Under the pieces are notes generated by a model. It worked only from the letters and a program-made list of their open reading frames with translations, made no database searches and was not told where the DNA came from. Below are positions 58,999-64,000 of a stretch of 64,000 nt of DNA, one piece after another (the first letter of the stretch is position 1; each line of letters opens with the position of its first letter). Origin of the DNA: a virus; IMG/VR virus record IMGVR_UViG_3300045922_000293, positions 32,001 to 96,000 of that record; one strand, 5' to 3'. The translations under genes were made by a program, and so were the position numbers.

Positions 58999-61900
58999 CA
59001 AAAAATAAGCAGGGTGTGTTGAATACGGGTGCCAATCGTGCGCAAGAAGCGGAAGCCTTCGCTTCAAGGGTTCAGGCTATTCCAAGCCGTCGTCCGTTGG
59101 CCTTGATCACGGACCCCACACGTTTTGTAGGGGATCTCAGCCGACAGACGCTCTTCAATGCCACGGTTCCAAACTCACACCCTACGCGTAACAGGCGTTT
59201 GACTGAGACGTTACAGGTGTACGGCGTCACGGTTTGGGCGGAGGGCACAGAGGGGGAAGTGGTCAATGTCAATGAATTTGACACAGGGGGTATTGATGTC
59301 ACAGGTTTCCCCTCCCATCTCCGGCTGGTGCTTCTCCGCGGAGCTATCAAGCTAGGGTCCTATCGTATCACCTCCATGACGGGCACCTCAATCTTCACGG
59401 AAGAGGAGATGGATTTTGCCGTCACTGTGTGGCAGCTTGTGGAAGAAACACCGATGCAAGCCCTGCCCGTCCCTTCAGATCAGGCTATGCCCGGCACGGA
59501 AGTGACCTATTTGATTGTGAAGCCCCCGCGCTGGCCGCTCTTACGCAACAATCAATTCACCTTAGCCCAATCCCCCGCGCTTTCAGGCGGGATCACAATG
59601 GATGCGATCACGGGGCGCTTGACCTTAAATGGCTCACACAATCAACCGAGTCAAATTTATCAGGTGGATGATGTGGTCAATGTGAGCCTCAATATCAATC
59701 TTAAAGGTATTATGGCTAGGGTTCAAGATGTGGTGTTTACCCCCGGCCTTCCCAATACAGAAGTGTTGACCTTAGAGCCTCTATTTAATGAGGCCGTCCC
59801 CATCTACACCTCGCCTTCAAATGCGGCTTATAAAGTTGCACAGGTTCGGGACGTCTTGGCGAATCCTTATGCCCCTGTGAATGGGGTCAATATTTGGAAT
59901 AATAAAGACGTGCTTGAATCCATGCGTTTGTACCCCTTAGTGGCCCCCGTTAATGGTGATCCGTCACGCATTCCTTTTGGCGTACATTCGTTGTTTTCAA
60001 ACAACGCTGCACCTTATGTACCCCCCACGGCGGCGGGTTTTCGAGTCGTGCTTTATCCTGCTACAGTGGCGGGTACCGCCGATCTGACGCGCCCGATTAC
60101 GGATTTCAATGATATCATCATTGATCCTATGGTTACAGAGCCCCAGAGTGTAGAGATAGATTATGCACAGGGGGCGATTCTTCTATCTCATGCAATCCCC
60201 GCAGCGGGAGGGGATCTCAACCCTAATGGTTATGTGTCTCCTAGCGGCACTCGGCATCTGTTCGTGGCTTGTGCAGCATATAATTCAAGCTACGCACCCG
60301 AGACCGTTGAGGGTTTGCGCACCAGTGCTGAACGTAGCTTGACCTATGAGATCGGGCCTCTTAATCGTGATTTGATTAATCTTGCGAGAGGTTGGACATT
60401 TCGTGATCAAAGTTTTGATCCTTATCATGAGCAGCAGGGGCAATCACAGAGGCCGACGAAGCCCGCTGTGATGATTGCAGCAGGATCGGGGGGGTCAGCG
60501 AGTGTTGTAGTGGAGGGGAACCCCCAGATCTTTTTTCAGACAAAGAGCACGCGTACCCCCAGCACAGCCATCGGGGCGCTGGGTTACGGTCCCGTGCTCA
60601 ACCTGACGGACACACAGCAACAGATATCCATTCTTCCCTCTGCTCAGGGCGGGGGGCTGGTGGATTTAAGCGCAGGGTCAGAGACTGCGATCACGTCAGA
60701 GGGGCATAGTTATATCACCTTTTCAGAGGGGTGGAAAGATCTTGTCATCAACGCGAATGTGACCATTACAGCGGGCGTGAATGACCAGATTCGTTGGCAT
60801 ATGAATGATGTCGCAATGGTGCTCACGTTGAGCCCGGGTTTCAAGACTGCGGCTGCGTTACAAACTGAGTTGGCATCCTTGATTGTGGCGGCTGGAGTGT
60901 CAGCGGGCGTACCACAAATTGTCGTACCGACTAGCCCAAACCAAAATATCAATTTACAGCCAACACCGGATAAAACAGGGCTCCGGGTCAGTGTGCGCGA
61001 TTATTTTGTGACGGGGACGGGGTCTTCTCACGCAACTTTAGGGATTCCGAATCATGTGCGCGTCTTGCCTGTGGGTCTGTTTCAGAAGATTGTTGCGGGC
61101 TCAGACCAAACAAGTCCTATGGCATGGGATTATCAGCATAGGGAAAACAAGCGGTCTGCACAGTGGCGCGGTGAGGACGTGAAGATCCTTGGGGGTTCTT
61201 CTTTACGGGCCGTTGGGGAAGCTTTTGAAGTTGGGCATACAAATTATGTAGTACGTGCGGATGATACCCCTATCACATTTAATGCGAATGATGTAAAGAT
61301 CCCGCCCATGGATCTTTTTGTCACACGCAATGAGGATAATCAGACAGGAGTGCGTTTAGTTCAGGTTCCTGATACAACTGTGAGTATATCGGGGCCTTCC
61401 GCCGTATACCTCATCTATTGGGATGAGATTTTAGAATCTCTTGAATTTGTGGACTATGCCCTTGTTCTTGATAAGACACTCCGCACCCCCCCTTATCGCG
61501 GGGTAGGGGTAGCTTTGGTGTCTTACAATTTCATTACGAATATTAATTTTGTGATAGACATACGCCCTTTTCTCACCAATCAAAAGCAAAATGATACCAT
61601 CACGGTGGGGACAGGGGGTATGTTCCGAACGTTACAGGGTGCAATGGCTTGGATTGAAGCACATCCTCAGGGGTCAAGACATGTTAAGTTGATTTCAGAT
61701 GTGGAGCATGTAGGTCCGACAGCTATACCCATTCCTTCAAATGTCACCCTAGATGGTCAGGGATACACTGTCACTGTGTCCGGATATGATACCGTGTTCG
61801 GTGACTTGTTCCATCTTGACCATGATAGCACATTTTCAGCCGAAAGCTATGTGAAAATGTGTCATTTCAAGGTGGTCTTTGCGGCCCCCCAAGTACAATT

Positions 61901-63359
61901 TTCAACATTTTTCATTAATAAGCCAGGAGCCCAACTTGAGCCGTCAACCCTTGTCTTAGAGGATATTCTTATTGTGGGGCATCCCCTCAGGTCCTTCGGC
62001 TTTTTAGTGGGGTCTGATTCCGCAAGTGATTTGAAGATTCATGCCACCCGTTTCGTGACGCAAGGGCTGCGCTTTGCTCTTGGATTTATAGGCAAAGAAG
62101 TTCATTTAAACCATTGTAAATTTCTAGACCTTGCTCCTATTGCAGACGGACGATTAATTGATGTCAGGGATGGTTCAAAAATATCAATTCACAACACATT
62201 GGCCCTATTAAATGCGTCATTAGGGGGTCAAAGCATCTCAATTTTATCTAGTGCTACATCATCTACGACAACAAATGATGTGGACATTGAGATTTGTCAT
62301 TCACGCTTCTCTGTAGGGGATATTGACGCGATACGCTTAACCATGATATCCCCAACGGTCCCCTCACGTTTATCCATCCGGCACACTGAAATTCTTGTGG
62401 ATGAAGCTTCCAACCACTTCATAGCCGATGGAAGTGGTATTGGGGATGCCTTGCGCGCGATTGATATTGATCTTGATCATTGTGATTTGTTACGCACAAA
62501 ACGTGCTTACCCTCCTTCTGCGGGGATTCAAACGGGGTCTTTATTCACGACAACGATCCCCGTCAAGTTATCATTAGATACATGTAGGTTAGATCATGTT
62601 TATATTAGCGGGTCAAGCAATTCGGGGCACACCTTTTTGATACAAAATTGTAGCACGGTATTCAACGAGGGATCTGCGGTTGAAATACTAGGCACAGGTG
62701 GCGGTAAGGTGATTTTGAAAGATAATCGTTGGGATAATGGGTATTTTGGTTTTTCAGAATGCGATGTCACGATTGAGGGGGGTGTATACAGGTCTTTCGG
62801 GTTCATTCAGTCGCCCACATCGGTGGGTTCAGGGTTTTTTGCTTTCTTTAGATGTACCGTCAATGCGGGGTCGGGTCTTCAGATCGTGAAGACCTCCCCC
62901 GATAATATTTCTTGTATGAGCTTCTTTCAAACCTGCTCTTTGCAAGCGGATCAAGTGTCTATTCGACATGGGGGGGCGCTTGACCAATCTCTCTTAGGTA
63001 TAGTTGCGGAGTCGAATGCAATATTTGATCGTTTTCAGGTAAATAATCTCAAGTCGATTTTCACGGGGCCGCCCCCCACGAACCCTGTCAATGCGAGTGC
63101 GATTGTGTTCCTCCCCCGTGTAGCCCTCGCTCGTGCATCCTGTGTGATGACGAATTTTATCGTAGAAAATTATCCTACTTTAACTGTAGCCCCTGACCCT
63201 GATATCAGATCCAATGCTGTACGGGTGAGTTCAAATTGGGAGATTGTGAACATTACTTCGGGTTTGGTCTTGACAAATACCACCATTCCTGTAAAGTTTA
63301 ATTTTGCTGCGACGGTCAACATCTTCGTGGATGCGACGGTTAGGTTCATCACTCTTTGA
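58995..63359 (+). CDS. Putative tail fibre/spike with C-terminal beta-helix-like region
   Basis: ATGA coupling at 58995. ITVGTGGMFRTLQGA...IPSNVTLDGQG is a pectate-lyase-like beta-helix start. AT-richer 3' third. Confidence 0.65.
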   Translation: MTKNKQGVLNTGANRAQEAEAFASRVQAIPSRRPLALITDPTRFVGDLSRQTLFNATVPNSHPTRNRRLTETLQVYGVTVWAEGTEGEVVNVNEFDTGGIDVTGFPSHLRLVLLRGAIKLGSYRITSMTGTSIFTEEEMDFAVTVWQLVEETPMQALPVPSDQAMPGTEVTYLIVKPPRWPLLRNNQFTLAQSPALSGGITMDAITGRLTLNGSHNQPSQIYQVDDVVNVSLNINLKGIMARVQDVVFTPGLPNTEVLTLEPLFNEAVPIYTSPSNAAYKVAQVRDVLANPYAPVNGVNIWNNKDVLESMRLYPLVAPVNGDPSRIPFGVHSLFSNNAAPYVPPTAAGFRVVLYPATVAGTADLTRPITDFNDIIIDPMVTEPQSVEIDYAQGAILLSHAIPAAGGDLNPNGYVSPSGTRHLFVACAAYNSSYAPETVEGLRTSAERSLTYEIGPLNRDLINLARGWTFRDQSFDPYHEQQGQSQRPTKPAVMIAAGSGGSASVVVEGNPQIFFQTKSTRTPSTAIGALGYGPVLNLTDTQQQISILPSAQGGGLVDLSAGSETAITSEGHSYITFSEGWKDLVINANVTITAGVNDQIRWHMNDVAMVLTLSPGFKTAAALQTELASLIVAAGVSAGVPQIVVPTSPNQNINLQPTPDKTGLRVSVRDYFVTGTGSSHATLGIPNHVRVLPVGLFQKIVAGSDQTSPMAWDYQHRENKRSAQWRGEDVKILGGSSLRAVGEAFEVGHTNYVVRADDTPITFNANDVKIPPMDLFVTRNEDNQTGVRLVQVPDTTVSISGPSAVYLIYWDEILESLEFVDYALVLDKTLRTPPYRGVGVALVSYNFITNINFVIDIRPFLTNQKQNDTITVGTGGMFRTLQGAMAWIEAHPQGSRHVKLISDVEHVGPTAIPIPSNVTLDGQGYTVTVSGYDTVFGDLFHLDHDSTFSAESYVKMCHFKVVFAAPQVQFSTFFINKPGAQLEPSTLVLEDILIVGHPLRSFGFLVGSDSASDLKIHATRFVTQGLRFALGFIGKEVHLNHCKFLDLAPIADGRLIDVRDGSKISIHNTLALLNASLGGQSISILSSATSSTTTNDVDIEICHSRFSVGDIDAIRLTMISPTVPSRLSIRHTEILVDEASNHFIADGSGIGDALRAIDIDLDHCDLLRTKRAYPPSAGIQTGSLFTTTIPVKLSLDTCRLDHVYISGSSNSGHTFLIQNCSTVFNEGSAVEILGTGGGKVILKDNRWDNGYFGFSECDVTIEGGVYRSFGFIQSPTSVGSGFFAFFRCTVNAGSGLQIVKTSPDNISCMSFFQTCSLQADQVSIRHGGALDQSLLGIVAESNAIFDRFQVNNLKSIFTGPPPTNPVNASAIVFLPRVALARASCVMTNFIVENYPTLTVAPDPDIRSNAVRVSSNWEIVNITSGLVLTNTTIPVKFNFAATVNIFVDATVRFITL

Positions 63360-63366
63360 GGTATCT

Positions 63367-63975
63367 ATGTATTATCTTGTTGAGAACAAGACTCAAACTA
63401 TTACGGCATCTCTCTTGCCTCATTTAAATGGTGTGCCCGTCGAGGGTCAACGGGTTGTGACGATAGATGATCGGGCACCTATTGATGAAGAGAGCCCACC
63501 ACCTCTTACGTTGAATGGCTTATTGTCTCAGAAATTTGCGGGCCTTCTTGCGTTGAATCCTCAATATAATCACATTACGTATGACGACTTTGCATCTCAA
63601 GCAGTGTGGGACCCCGCCGCGCCTTCAACCATGGCGGCGATTGGGGTGGGCCTTGTGTGGCTCCCCCCCTTTGCGGGGTTATTACAAACGATCACGATAG
63701 CCGCCGCTGTGCCATTTGATCGTGGTGTCTTGACTTGGAACGCGGCGAGGTTTACAAGGGAATATGAGGATGCCGTCCGTTTGCATCTTTTCTATGAGCC
63801 TGTATCCTCCGATACCTTGACCGCCTTTATCTCCAATGATGGGGGGGGTTCTTTTACCCCCGTTATCAATGGGTTGGAGTTTGTGTTGCCCTCCTTCGGG
63901 GATCAAATAGTGGTCAGATTTGAGAATACGAGTACGCAACGCGTGTATATTGAGCCCTTTGGCGTACTTTATTAA
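63367..63975 (+). CDS. Putative virion protein
   Basis: GAGG SD before ATG 63367; ISNDGG.SF motif. The ORF track starts at 63304. Confidence 0.55.
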   Translation: MYYLVENKTQTITASLLPHLNGVPVEGQRVVTIDDRAPIDEESPPPLTLNGLLSQKFAGLLALNPQYNHITYDDFASQAVWDPAAPSTMAAIGVGLVWLPPFAGLLQTITIAAAVPFDRGVLTWNAARFTREYEDAVRLHLFYEPVSSDTLTAFISNDGGGSFTPVINGLEFVLPSFGDQIVVRFENTSTQRVYIEPFGVLY

Positions 63976-64000
63976 CATAGGTAGATCATGTCACAATTCT

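Noticed and set aside
1-64000. Stop-codon reassignment, tRNA genes, integrase or transposase
   Set aside because: Genes tile densely under code 11 using all three stops. No cloverleaf or recombinase motifs were noticed by eye; tRNAscan was not run.

Overview
This window is part of a large (jumbo-type) tailed-phage genome with a contractile tail, read in the standard genetic code and almost entirely on the + strand. From left to right it contains: (1) a head module (prohead protease, acidic scaffold, decoration protein, short HK97-fold major capsid protein); (2) neck and virion genes, with an embedded SF2/SNF2-like helicase, an actin-fold protein and PhoH; (3) a 2044-aa tail sheath; (4) an accessory block (GroEL-like chaperonin, DHH phosphoesterase, AAA+ ATPase, ECF-like sigma factor, type IIA topoisomerase B subunit, DEDDh exonuclease, Lon, holin-like protein); and (5) baseplate/fibre-type genes. 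The top finding is a naturally split intein that is split atypically and whose genes are in reversed order. The gene for the 133-aa C-intein plus C-extein (13750-14376) lies upstream of the gene for the N-extein plus a 34-aa Ser1 N-intein (14418-15188). Trans-splicing would rebuild a 297-aa putative neck/head-tail protein (...WVSEEF|SYSIGG...). Other notable signals are a matryoshka-like 6+6 nested repeat in the sheath, a recurring ATCTTTTWAT candidate late promoter, a short peptide motif shared by many head-associated ORFs, and an AT-hook in front of the actin-like protein. All family assignments come from motif recognition and gene context only; no database searches were run.
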